DNA of 63,836 nucleotides, filler included, from Perkinsus chesapeaki ATCC PRA-425 (lineage: Eukaryota > Protista > Perkinsozoa): assembly GCA_013115145.1 (NCBI GenBank). It is 11 parts of 11 records of this genome, joined end to end, with 100 filler letters (N's around TTAATTAATTAA, not from the genome) between each part and the next. Parts side by side here need not be neighbours in the genome. Positions count along the whole stretch, not along the records: positions 1 to 15,043 come from JAAPAO010000736.1; 10 more parts are not named here. The stretch is one strand, 5' to 3'. Of the stretch, positions 1 to 10,753 are shown piece by piece. Under the pieces are notes generated by a model. The model had not been told where the DNA came from. It saw only the letters and a program-made list of their open reading frames with translations, and did no database searches. Each line of letters opens with the position of its first letter. The first letter of the stretch is position 1. Both the position numbers and the translations under genes were made by a program.

Positions 1-1
1 A

Positions 2-88
2 GGAGGAGATATAATAGAAAGGAGTTTGATAGGAAATATGTTACTAGTGATACGGAGGAGATATAATAGAAAGTAGTTTGATAGGAAA
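2..88. repeat. Direct duplication of a 35-bp motif (period 52 bp)
   Basis: ggaggagatataatagaaag(g/t)agtttgataggaaa at 2-36 and 54-88; may be the end of a longer array upstream of the window. Confidence 0.8.
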
Positions 89-1077
89 GAACACCGAGTA
101 CATTCTCGGCAGGGGTCTTTCATCCTTCCTAATCAAGCAGGCACTATTAGTGCCCTAAACTTACCTCTAATCCAAACAAAACCGACCTTCTTGTACAGAG
201 CTATAGCGGCTACGTTATTCTTATCGACCATAAGAGACATAGCTCCGAAATGTTGTATAGCTACCGATACCTGAATAGGCTGATATACCTCTGTTTTGGG
301 GCGGCGCGAGAAGCTACCAATTCGAAGCTGTCATTAATGAGTCGTTGGGCAACTTTTTGTCCTCGATATTCCGGAGCAACGTAAACCTGCAGATGAAGGA
401 TATTGCTTATGCAGGTACGCAGGAAGGTTCGAAAATATTAACACAGACATCAGCTTGACGATGGGGAAAGATGGTTCCAGAAAACTAGACAAGGTAATAT
501 CTTGTACTCTTCAGGTCGAATAGGAGCTGTATCCCATTCCAAGACCTAGTTTGTATGAGCTACTCAGCAAAAGCCCAGAAGGAATTAATGAAAGCCCAGA
601 AAAGATTAGTCGGTTGGGTATTAAGTTGTCCTGGAAGAGGGATTTCCCAAAGTAAAGATAAATGGAGTATGATTCTATTGAAACGGAGGAGATGAGTCTA
701 ACAAGCTTGGACTTACAAAGGCAAGGTAGCCGAGGATTCCGTCTGGAGGGTGCCTAAGAAAAGGAATGAGATACTGTAATATTGTTGGCCGTCTTTAAGG
801 ATGAAGCTACGGGATTTGCGTTGCTGGGGAGGGGCTAATCATACAGCAATAGCATGATAATTTAGAAGGAATGCGTTTGGTGTTCCCCTTTGGTCTAGCA
901 AAGCTTCCATTGTATTTCCTCTGAATTAGGAACACCTGTTTGACCCCGAGGAACACATTTCTATGAGGATGGATGCCACTCTGCTCTTTTGAGGGAGCTT
1001 CGGTACACTCTTTACATTTGAAAAGAAGCATCAAGCCTCTTTGTGCTCTGCTTTGTCTTTTGAGCAGACCCTGTTCC

Positions 1078-1440
1078 TTACATTTTATTTCTTATAACCT
1101 TCTCCACGTCATATGGCAAATCCTGGTACTTGAGGTCTATCTCGACGACGCCGGCAACCTTACGAAGATAACAAGTATGCAACACAGCAACGTTGCTTAC
1201 CTCGTTCGTTTGGGATTCATTAACCGCTACATAGCAGTAAACCTCATGGTTATTGCAGTTCTTGAGGAGAGTCTTCCCTCGCATCCAATCCCCCCCTTTA
1301 TACCAGCGGTAGTTAAGCTCACTCGATTGGACCGTTGATGGGCTCAATGGGGCATCTTTCTCATGTGTGTTAAGGGACTCCTCGGAATGAGAGCTCTCCA
1401 GATTTGAAAGGAGAGCTACTACGAGAGCAACGAAAAGCAT
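1078..1440 (-). CDS. Hypothetical secreted protein (may continue by splicing or frameshift into 807-1070)
   Basis: ORF starts with a signal-peptide-like MLFVALVVALLSNLESS; no recognisable domain. Confidence 0.4.
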   Translation of the reverse strand: MLFVALVVALLSNLESSHSEESLNTHEKDAPLSPSTVQSSELNYRWYKGGDWMRGKTLLKNCNNHEVYCYVAVNESQTNEVSNVAVLHTCYLRKVAGVVEIDLKYQDLPYDVEKVIRNKM

Positions 1441-1721
1441 GTATGACTTGCTAACTCTGAGTCACGAACCACGGTAGTAGATGAAGGGAAATTCCGCCCC
1501 TGGTACGGATATACAAAAGAAAACTTGATAGCCAATATGTTCCAGTGGCAAGGAGTGCATTCCTCTGGTAGCCTTGGGTGAGCTTCACAATTCCCCGTTT
1601 CGAACGTCGCTTTAAATAATGGTAGCTCCCACTAGGCTCAAGAAAACTCCATTTGCCTCGCATGAGTTCTAGAATTCAACCCGCGCCAATGCAGAAGAGC
1701 CTTTCTATGTGAAATAATTGC

Positions 1722-1795
1722 GTTTAAGTAGCTGAGTAGGTTAAGGTGTTGCATTCTCATCCGAAAGGCCGTAGGTTCGATCCAGCATGACTGCT
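1722..1795 (+). pseudogene. Degenerate tRNA-like sequence (tRNA pseudogene or tRNA-derived SINE head, Glu(CTC)-like)
   Basis: A-box TAGCTGAGTAGG (1729-1740) and B-box GGTTCGATCC (1774-1783) at tRNA spacing with TCTCA in the anticodon position; acceptor, anticodon and T stems do not pair properly. Confidence 0.4.
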
Positions 1796-2044
1796 AGCAG
1801 TATTGGAGGTCAACCCGTTGCTCGTTTGTCACGCGCCACAAAATTGGAACAAGGCTTTTTCGAACACGCTGCTGAGCATTCGAAGCAACTTCTATAAACG
1901 CTTATGGCTCTCCAGAACAGGTTTGCTCAGCAGAGGAGTGTTGGGATCTTTCAGGTGAAATTTAATTTGGAACGGTTTTAGTTGGACGTTAGCCGCTACA
2001 CTTCAATTTTGTTTGCGTCGCAAGTTGCGTAATTCCTTTTAAAC

Positions 2045-2908
2045 ATGCCCGAAATCGTTTCCGTCTCTCTCGAGGCTCCCAGTGACGAGGTTCGCAAGTA
2101 TACCAGTTTCAACGTATACAAGCACCAACCGGGCGTGTGTAAGCTCGTCTACGAAACCGCCATTTCCTTGGACTTAACCGAGGCCGCACCTCGCTACGGC
2201 AAACTCGAAGTTCTCAGCGCCTCTCGTCTTAATCGAGCCTTCAGAATCGGCAGCGTTGTCTACTTTTTTGACACCAAACGCCTGTTCGGCTTTGACACCC
2301 AGAATCTAGAGGCGGGTTTAACTTCGCCATTCGGCGTAGTGGGGTCTTCTAGGATCCTCGGCGCGTGCCCTAGTAAAGTGGGCCCGCTGGTATTATTAAC
2401 GGAAGGGCGAATGTGGGCAGCAGGAAGGACCATAGAGCTGCCTCGACCGTTCGACTTGTTGCATGGATGCATTGAAACGCTTGCTGGGACGGTGCTAGTG
2501 TGCTCCTCGTTCGCCGATAAGAAATGCATGGTTTCATTTGTGGTGTTGACGGCCGACCGCGTCGAAATTGCGAAGGTGATGACATTCAAGGATCTTCCGG
2601 CCCAGATAATTTTCAACGATAACTCGGTCCAGTTTGTGACCACTGGATTCTGCGAGGAGGGCGTGGAAATGTCCGACAGGAACAAGGACGAAGTTTACAT
2701 TACGACGGTTTTTACTTCTGGAGAAGTCTCGATTGCATCCCTCGGTTACTTCGCTCGCTGTCTCACTACGGACGGCGAGGCGCTCGGAATCGCTATTGGG
2801 GACGAAGATCTCTGTGTGCTGGATGAGAAGCTCGAAGTTAAGTCATACTGGCCGGGGATGGCTTATGTGATCGAAGCAAGGGAAGCCAGGAAGTTTGTGG
2901 TAAGTTGA
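2045..2908 (+). CDS. Intronless hypothetical protein, 287 aa, beta-strand rich (possibly propeller-like)
   Basis: Long ATG-to-stop ORF with protein-like composition; no family recognised. Confidence 0.65.
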   Translation: MPEIVSVSLEAPSDEVRKYTSFNVYKHQPGVCKLVYETAISLDLTEAAPRYGKLEVLSASRLNRAFRIGSVVYFFDTKRLFGFDTQNLEAGLTSPFGVVGSSRILGACPSKVGPLVLLTEGRMWAAGRTIELPRPFDLLHGCIETLAGTVLVCSSFADKKCMVSFVVLTADRVEIAKVMTFKDLPAQIIFNDNSVQFVTTGFCEEGVEMSDRNKDEVYITTVFTSGEVSIASLGYFARCLTTDGEALGIAIGDEDLCVLDEKLEVKSYWPGMAYVIEAREARKFVVS

Positions 2909-3274
2909 ATTCGGGGGTGGTAGATAACGCAGAACTGTAATTAGTATGAGTCCTCATGTCAGAGTGGGCAATAGTAAGCTGCCACGCAGCTTGGGAAATC
3001 TGAAGTGGCTTAAAATTCAATTATGTGTTGATTGAAATCTCCACTTCACTTCAGAGGCCGGAGTTTTACGAGAATCGCATATGCTGGAGGAACAGCAACC
3101 TGAGGGCACTATAGTTGATCTGTTCCTTGACTAGGGATGGGTTATCCCTTCTGATAAGCTATTAAACTTCGTATCACGTTCCTACCTTGGGGCAGGTTTC
3201 TGACGTGAAAGTATAGCGTAGTCAGGAGAGAAGCATACAAGTATGAATTATTTTATTTCATTGCGTCGGACATA

Positions 3275-4081
3275 TTACGATCCTCTACACTTCAGCAAAA
3301 AGCACCTCAACGAGACTTTGGTTAATAAAGTTATCAGCGTTGTAGTGACTCCTTTTGTCAGATTGGGAGCAAATCTTCTTGCGGTCTGTTTTATGTCGTC
3401 GAATCCAAACCAGGCTCCGTGGTCAATGTCTTCAAACATCCGCTACCGAGCGAAAGTATGTCCCCAAGTGGACAGTGTGATCAAGCTAGAGAGGCCGAAC
3501 TCGGTACGGAAGTACTGGGTGTCAGTTGCGAAGGCAAAGATGTTATTGTTATTCGTAATGGTCAACTTACTTACTATAGAGTTGATTAAGAATGTATCTT
3601 TATTTTCGTATTTTTTGTTCAAGTTGTGGTTAATCATCTTTAGTAGCTCTGAGGGAGTTGGGCTTACTGTGAACGGCTCACGGTTACTCTAGGCAGTTTT
3701 AGAACTGAACAAACCGGGCATGGTCTCATCCGAAACAGTCTCCCTGTTCATTAAATCAATTCTGGGATTCAGAATCGCTTCTAGCATTTCACGTGTAAAA
3801 AGCAGTTCTTGAGTCGATTCCGGATTTCGAAATCGGTATATTAAACGACCCCAGTCGGTGCTCGGTGGCTGCCCAGGATGGGTATTCCCATCAAAGTGTT
3901 CGAACGGAATCTCGCCGTTCCAAGTAGATCTCAGTTCCAGTCGGTTGGCCATATTATTTTCCGAGTAATAAAGATTGTTACCGAATGAGTAAGGTACCGA
4001 GAGTAAAGATTGTTCGGCTACAAACGTGTCTACGTTTGTCCACTTTTTCGTTGTCGTTTTTTGTCCTCTACGGCCGTACAA
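3275..4081 (-). pseudogene. 268-codon intronless frame broken by two in-frame TAG codons; orphan, possibly of viral origin
   Basis: Track ORFs 3689-4081 and 3443-3637 share one frame; TAG at 3689-3691 and 3443-3445; the frame stays open to TAA at 3275-3277. Confidence 0.45.
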
Positions 4082-4376
4082 TTATTAATTCTTTTTTGGC
4101 AGCGTTATTTCCCCGTAATGTGAGTCTGTTGCTGAGATGAGGTATCACACTGCAGGGGAGTCTGGATACGTCATATGAGGAAAATGTGTACTAAGTGGAA
4201 GGCGAAGCGTGAAATATATAATATATATTCATTCTATATTTAATTGTATAAACTAATATATAAGTAAAAAGAAAAATGGCGAAAATAAAAATTTCGCTTT
4301 ATGAGTAGCGAACACTCGGAATGACGTTCGCGAATAGGAGGATGACCGCCCGTTCTGTGTTAGTAATTGTTTTCAA

Positions 4377-5803
4377 ATGCTACTACCTGTGCACGAGAAA
4401 CCCCTTCAGCTTTACAGGAATATCTTGCGACTTCACCGCTGCAAGCTGCCCGCGGTGATGAGGAGTCTCGGAGACGCTTACGTGAAAAAAGAATTTCGCA
4501 TACATTTGGTGAGCATCTTACTGGGCGGCAATGAATGTGATGAAATTTGTTATTCGATTCGCCGAATTATCGCAGTAAATTCTCGCGCCTTTGTAATGTA
4601 TCTAATACACCGTATTGGATACCTTAACCACCGTAAGATAGCCACTATTATGAATTTTCGGAAGATTGTGGAGCAGAAGGATTTGTGAAAATTTCAATGT
4701 TGAATGCATTTTCTACCAGGATTCCTGAGACCATTGCCGGTCTCAAATGAGCGTTTCATTCGTCATAGAGTAGCACTACAAGTAGAAGCGGAGAAATCCT
4801 GGCGGAATCGTGGACTGTCTTGAACATCCAAGCTGCAACGTCGTCAGAGTTTCAGACTTTGAATCTATTCATGCCGAGAAATTCGGAGATGGTGTGGATG
4901 TTGTAAGTAGAGATAAAAGTTCCCAATAGAGCTCAAGACTTCAGCACCCATGAGTTGATATGAATTATATGCGAGCGGTTCTGTCTCCAAACCTCTGTGA
5001 GTCCTGCAGCGCGAACGTCGGCGCCGCGCTCAAGCCGATTGAGGATCGGTCAATTGTTTCGGGGCCTAGGTCATGGCCCATGACCTAGGCCTGAAACAAT
5101 TGACCGATACTCAGGACTCATGGGCAAATCAAACGATTAGCCGATATTAATAGTATCATTCGATGGAGGATAATACTAGGTATTATAGCGTATAAAGTGG
5201 GCTATAATGCTGCCCACTAATGCGGGAATACAAAGTGGGTCGCGTCGATAGTATCATACGCTGTTTTTATTATGGCGTTATGAATCGTTCTTGCTTGAGG
5301 AGATATCTACTCGAGTCTTATATAAATGTGTTCCTCAAAGATCAACAAGTGCGGACACATAATAGAGATTTTGGTGGAAAATTACAGTACTTCCGCTCGA
5401 CCGAAAAAAGTCCAATTATGACAGTCAAGTGTACGAACGAACGGTTGCGCAAGCTAGAGTTCCATCTTGAGGCTTCCAGACGTTCAGGTCGGTGTGCTTC
5501 TCAGAAGCTGATCGCCAAATCTTAGTTAAGTCGAAATGTCGGCCCCCGAAATAACATTCCTTGCCCGGCATTCCGAAAACCCAGTTGTGGACGCTTCTGC
5601 GTCAGGTACAGAAATCTTGTACTGAGTCTCAGCTCGCTGAGTTCGTGAAACAGTGGCAGAAGTACTACTCTACGATATCTGATCAAGATGTTGTGAAGGG
5701 TCAGAAGCTTAGTTCGGCGGAGAAGTCACGATTGAACGATACTCAAAAAAAGCAACTGAAGGCATTGCGAAGTGAAGCGAGGAAACTAGGCTCCGGCATG
5801 TGA
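4377..5803 (+). CDS. SDHAF3: Succinate dehydrogenase assembly factor 3 (Sdh7/ACN9 family, LYR protein); exons 4377-4508 and about 5606/5612-5803
   Basis: Exon 1 LYRNILRLHRCKLPAVMRSLGDAYVKKEFRIH matches the family motif; GT donor at 4509; phase-0 AG acceptors at 5605 and 5611; exon 2 EFVKQWQKY..GQKLS..LNDTQKKQLKAL fits the family C-terminus. Confidence 0.85.
5041..5112. repeat. 72-bp near-perfect palindrome (1-nt spacer) inside the SDHAF3 intron
   Basis: GGCCTAGGTCATGG-C-CCATGACCTAGGCC perfect core, extended by ATCGGTCAATTGTTTC / GAAACAATTGACCGAT. Confidence 0.95.
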
Positions 5804-7175
5804 TCACTTTCGCCAACTTGTGTTTCGGGGCCACTTATTAACGCGTTAAGTTGTCAATCTCCAAGGGAGCGGTTCGTGCTTGCTCAGTCGCGCTAGTGGT
5901 ATTTTCATCGTATTTGTGCACGTGCTCGAGCCTAAGGTAACTTAAAAGGGTTTCCCGGAATACCCTTGAATTTGCCAAACACTGTAAGACACTGAAGAGT
6001 AGAAGATAATCGTGTCTCGTTGGCAGGTACAGTTGATAAGATCATTGTACGAGTATATTCCGGTATCAGTTCAGCACATCACCGCAGTGCTGAACAGTAA
6101 CAGCGAAATGCAGGCAAGTTAAAATGTAAATCTTCGCATCGACGTTCGACTATCCGAATGTACGTCCAGTTGGTCGTCAGACCAACCTGGCCTGGACTCA
6201 AGGTTGGTCCAAAGCAGGTGCGTGAACAATTGCAGAGGAAAAATCGAGCCTTAAATTAGACAGGATCGTTGGTAGTTCACACTGCCCGGAGCCCCTTCCG
6301 GCCCTGAACGTTTTCAAAGTTTGTCTCACCTTAGTTGCGCCACTCCGAATTCCTCATTGTTCATTGCCCGGTCATGCTGACTGATGTATCATAATCACCA
6401 TGAAGGGTTAAGAAGTAGATCTAAATTCGGGAAATGAGCATGCTCTGATATTAGGCAAAGCTAGAGCAGGCACCGCTGAGAAACCGAAGCGGTAGGGTTC
6501 GCGTCGAATTTAGCTTTCTCCCAGTGGATGCGTTGGGCAGCATGCGATGGGTCCTCATAGGCCATGAAACATGGCCCATGAAGTTCATGCGTTGAAGTAT
6601 GAACGGAGGACGGAAATACACCTTGAAAGAGGCTTCTCGCGTTCGCTGTCTCCTGCGTAATCATATCGGCTCATCTCATAGAAGGGAAAACGCTAAGCCT
6701 GTTTTTCACGTCCTTCGCCTCCTGGTAGCGTATTTCGCGATGTGAAATATGAAGTATGTTTTTCACTGGTGTTGTGCATATCGAGAGTGAAACCCCTATG
6801 TCCTACTGTGGTAACGCTATCCTGTGGGAATACCACGAACCTTTATTGCCAACCACAGCTGGTTGGTGAACCCCGAAACAAAATCATGGGAGTTGGTTAG
6901 CTAGCTGTTATTATTGAGAGGCCTAACGCAACAAAATCTGTCGATGGATGACTTGAGGTTGTTAGCCTGACAAAACTCTACCTTACGTATTATCTTTCTA
7001 CAATGTGAACTAGAAGGAATATATTCTCGTGGGCGGCGTACTTTCAGCACGTATTAAGGTGAGAACTATTACTACAATTATCTAATATGTTCAGAATGAA
7101 ACTATGAAGATAGAATGTAGAACTCACAACTGCGGCTCGAGCTCGCGAATGTCGTAGAGTTGGAGTCGGCAGAAT

Positions 7176-8085
7176 TCAACCAATCGTCATATCAATATAA
7201 AGGTTAACTGGCAAGCGGTTCACATAAGTTGTCTCTCCGACTTGGTCACATCCCGCTGTTAAGCGAAGATTCGAAAATGATTTTAATAGTGTAGCTGCCA
7301 GTACTATGCACTCCTTCATTGCAAGATGTTATCCGGGACATTTTCTAGGGCTGCCAGTGAATGCCCAATGCTTCAGCGCCTTTTAGCCATTTCATGATAA
7401 AACTTTCATCAACGAAGCCGTCGATCGATTTAGTCTCCGCGTCATCCCAAAAATACACATACTATCCAACTTCGGCATACCAAACCGCTCTCCGATGGGA
7501 GATAATTAAGATTTGGTAATTTGCCTGACAAATCTGGACTCGCAATAAAAGGAGACTTGTATTGATCGGAAACGTCTGAATAGTATTCAGTGAATACAGA
7601 CAGTGCACGGTGTGCACCATTGCTTCACACTCCAGCCTAATTGTTGATTAGTTGCATAGAGTACTTGGGGTCCCCAAATTGGGGATCGGTATCAAGAAGC
7701 TTAATCTGAGTCAGAATTTCTGACAGTTCGCCCGGCTAGCATAATCGCAGACGACTTACCGGAAAGCGATGGTTTTGCCATACTGGTTAGTCCAGGAACG
7801 CATGCACTTCAAAGCCTCACTCGGACCTGAGTCTAGCGCCACACCGAATACAGGATTACCTTGAAGAGCGGAATCTGGAGCTTAACTACCTCAACGACTT
7901 TCTTCAGGAAAGTCGTGGGACTTCACCTTAGAGTCTGGAATTGGCAACGGCCTTTTGTCGACAATCATCTTAACCACTTTGATAGTCACAAACGCAGCAG
8001 CTAGAATGAGCCCTTTTCCCAACGCAATAGATGCATAACGCTGCAGGGTCTGTCCGACCTCGACGTTCAGTATGGCGGAGTGAAT
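7176..8085 (-). pseudogene. Cytochrome P450 copy A, internally deleted pseudogene
   Basis: 5' exons (ILNVEVGQTLQRYAS..; GNPVFGVALDSGPSEALKCMRSWTNQYGKTIAF) are diverged paralogues of copy B; ATT where copy B has its start ATG; middle exons absent; last exon nearly identical to B/C but with CAA>TAA at 7329-7331 (FTGSPRKCPG*). Confidence 0.85.
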
Positions 8086-10240
8086 TGGGGGATCACGACA
8101 AATCTGATTTAGGTTGATAAGATTAGAAACGAACGCCACTCGCACTTGATATATGCATGGCTACGTGCTTTAGGTCGTAAAGTTTACGAAACAGAGCATC
8201 ACAATTGTACACTTCCGAGATTTCGGACTTGAAATATTCCCCATTGATTATTAACGTCAATGAGGGAATTCTAGGAGGATGCGAATTTAAATTTCGCTTT
8301 CCCATTTCCGGGAAAAACCTAACGCGTTGCGCGCCGTTACGTTGTCCCTAAGAGGCATCATCTCAAAAGGGTCTTCTATGATGTCCTTGAAAACAACAGA
8401 ATTTCAACTTGGACATTTCGAGCGACTTGGACGGTTTAGAGGTTTCAGTGAGAATGTTAATGTGGAGGGTGATCAAATGTGGTTTTGTGTATCTTATAGT
8501 CTTTAGTTCGGCGATATATCGTCACAACACTCACTTGACAGACAATGATGGGGCTCACCGAAGAGACAATGTGCACTGGTCTTGGCTGGATTTCTCGAAG
8601 GTCAATCCATTAGCTTGAAGCAAACCCTTCTGCTCGGATTGGAGTTCTTTGGCTTGGCTTAAAAGAGCAAGCTTGGTTTCAAACGTTTGAACTGAAAGGT
8701 TTAGCTTGGATCTTCGCGATTCCCTCCACATTTGCCAACATAACAAGGGTCATACCTTCTTCCTAAGCAACTGTAACTACTGGAACTGCTTCTCTAGTAA
8801 TAGGACTGTTGCAACTGTTCTCCCTGTTTTGCTTGGTCCTCGTTCATAGCGACGAACACAAAGTGATAACGTGGCATAACGAATGCTAATTGGCTGTGCA
8901 ACGCAAGTTGCGTTACGCAACGAATAACACTCTGTCACTGCCACTATCACAAACGCTCCTCTGCTGAACCTCAGCAGAGCCTTCACGCACTCTAACGGCG
9001 ATTCTCGACGATCGTCACGACTACGAAGAGAACAAGTGCAATGACGTGCAAGTGCACATTTCGGAGCAACTGCAACTGATTTTGATTTACTAAATCTGAC
9101 TTAGTAATTTTCCCTCCTCCACGCAGCGTGATATACATTTGGCTCGTGTGACCGAAAATCGACTCCAGTGGCCCGGTTAAAGCATACATGTACGCTGTTG
9201 AAGCCATAAACCTAAGCAGCTCGGCCCCTTTGCCCTGGATTCCAGGGCCTGGAGAGCCAGTATCATTACGCGGGTATGCAGTTCATCGGAAAGTTTAGTA
9301 GAGACCGTGGTTTTCAAATCATGGTTTTAGAAATACTTGCGAGGAGCACGGAAATCGTGAGCCTTCGTCGGTGCTCGCTCGATTAAACAAGAAAGTACTG
9401 ACAGAAGGTTACTAAGATCTCATGTGAGGAAACTTGGTCTAAGTTAGACCGTCTAACTGTTCCTAGGAAAGGCTTCGTAAAGCTCTCAAGTCTTTTCATA
9501 GCAGAGGTAACTTCACGAAAGGTGTAAGCGCCGGTGTGATTGTCACAGTTAGACTGTGACATCTACACGTGCGTCTGCTGGGAAACAAAACAGACGGCTA
9601 ATTGTGGAGAGAAAATCAAGACCTATCAAAAAATGTATTCGTGCTCGTTATTCGCGGATCTCTGGTCGATATGTACCGCGTCCGGTACCAATCGACAAGG
9701 CTCCATTAGAATTAACTCGGTTAAAAACTCTGGCCTCCGAGTTGTGGCAGGGTGCGTTGCGGTCGACGCGATGACTCTGACACCGCGATGACGGAACGCA
9801 AGTCACACAAGGGCTGCCCAGGGGGGTGAGTCGTCGACCCCCAGGGTGAACCCACAGTGACTACATCGAAGGCCTCGGTTCAACAGGAATGTAAAAAAAA
9901 CAAAAACGGTGATAAATGAGTCCCGAAGACGAGTCCGAAGTGCTCGAACGACTCCAACTTGCACTGAGCTTTGCTCAGTGCGGCTAGCCTAACTGCAGCA
10001 CTCCAGGACACAAGTAGCTGTCCCCGCAGTGCTGCACCACCTTGTGTTGCTCGCTGTCTCCGCACGCGTCGACAGTCGTGCAACTCTCTGGCACGGTTTC
10101 AACCTCGGAGAAGCTGCGCTTTTCCTCTGCAGGATTTTAAAGCCTTTATTAATGACTTAGTCATTATGAATACCTCTCTCACTTCTGCTTAACTCTGCGA
10201 GTATACCGGTGGCAGGAAGGAGGTCAAGTATACCCTAAAG

Positions 10241-10519
10241 GTGTACTCTATTTTGAGCTTGACGAAGCTTACAGCAGCGTGGTTTGCTATGTTATTTGTA
10301 GCATCCTCTATCATGGGTTGCCCTCCTGAATGTAGTATTACCGCTGGTGTGTATAAAGGGAACTTTGATGGGAATACAATGCAAATGAACGTGCCGAAGG
10401 CAGCGGAGACGGATGTCGAATATTACATGGGATTGGGCTTTGAGACGCCGAATGGCGTGTTTACCTGCGAGCCTACGTTTTGCACTGCTGATGTGGATCC
10501 TACGGCTTGTACTCCCTGA
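10241..10519 (+). CDS. Short secreted hypothetical protein or gene fragment
   Basis: Hydrophobic leader (AWFAMLFVASSIMG) followed by a GVYKG motif like the GTY motifs of the 49937-51454 protein. Confidence 0.4.
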   Translation: MYSILSLTKLTAAWFAMLFVASSIMGCPPECSITAGVYKGNFDGNTMQMNVPKAAETDVEYYMGLGFETPNGVFTCEPTFCTADVDPTACTP

Positions 10520-10753
10520 ATTGATGAATCAGGAAAATGATGCAAGTTGGTTAATTTATCAACATTGGGATGCATGATGCAACACAATATGTGGATGGAT
10601 GACAGAAAGCAGTTGACTTGTTATTGTTGCTATTGTTGACTTGAAAAAAACGATTTTAGACAAAACTACGGGGCAGTGGATATCGACCACCAAATCTTTA
10701 GAGACCGAGCCCGCAGGTGCCCCAGAATATCGTACCATTGAAATCCGAAGAAT

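Noticed and set aside
300-780. Possible decayed non-LTR retrotransposon sequence (AQKRLVGWVLSCP)
   Set aside because: Only a vague resemblance with several stops; not supportable.
8400-9800. Short ORFs between P450 copies A and B as a spliced gene
   Set aside because: Could not assemble a consistent exon chain or recognise a domain.
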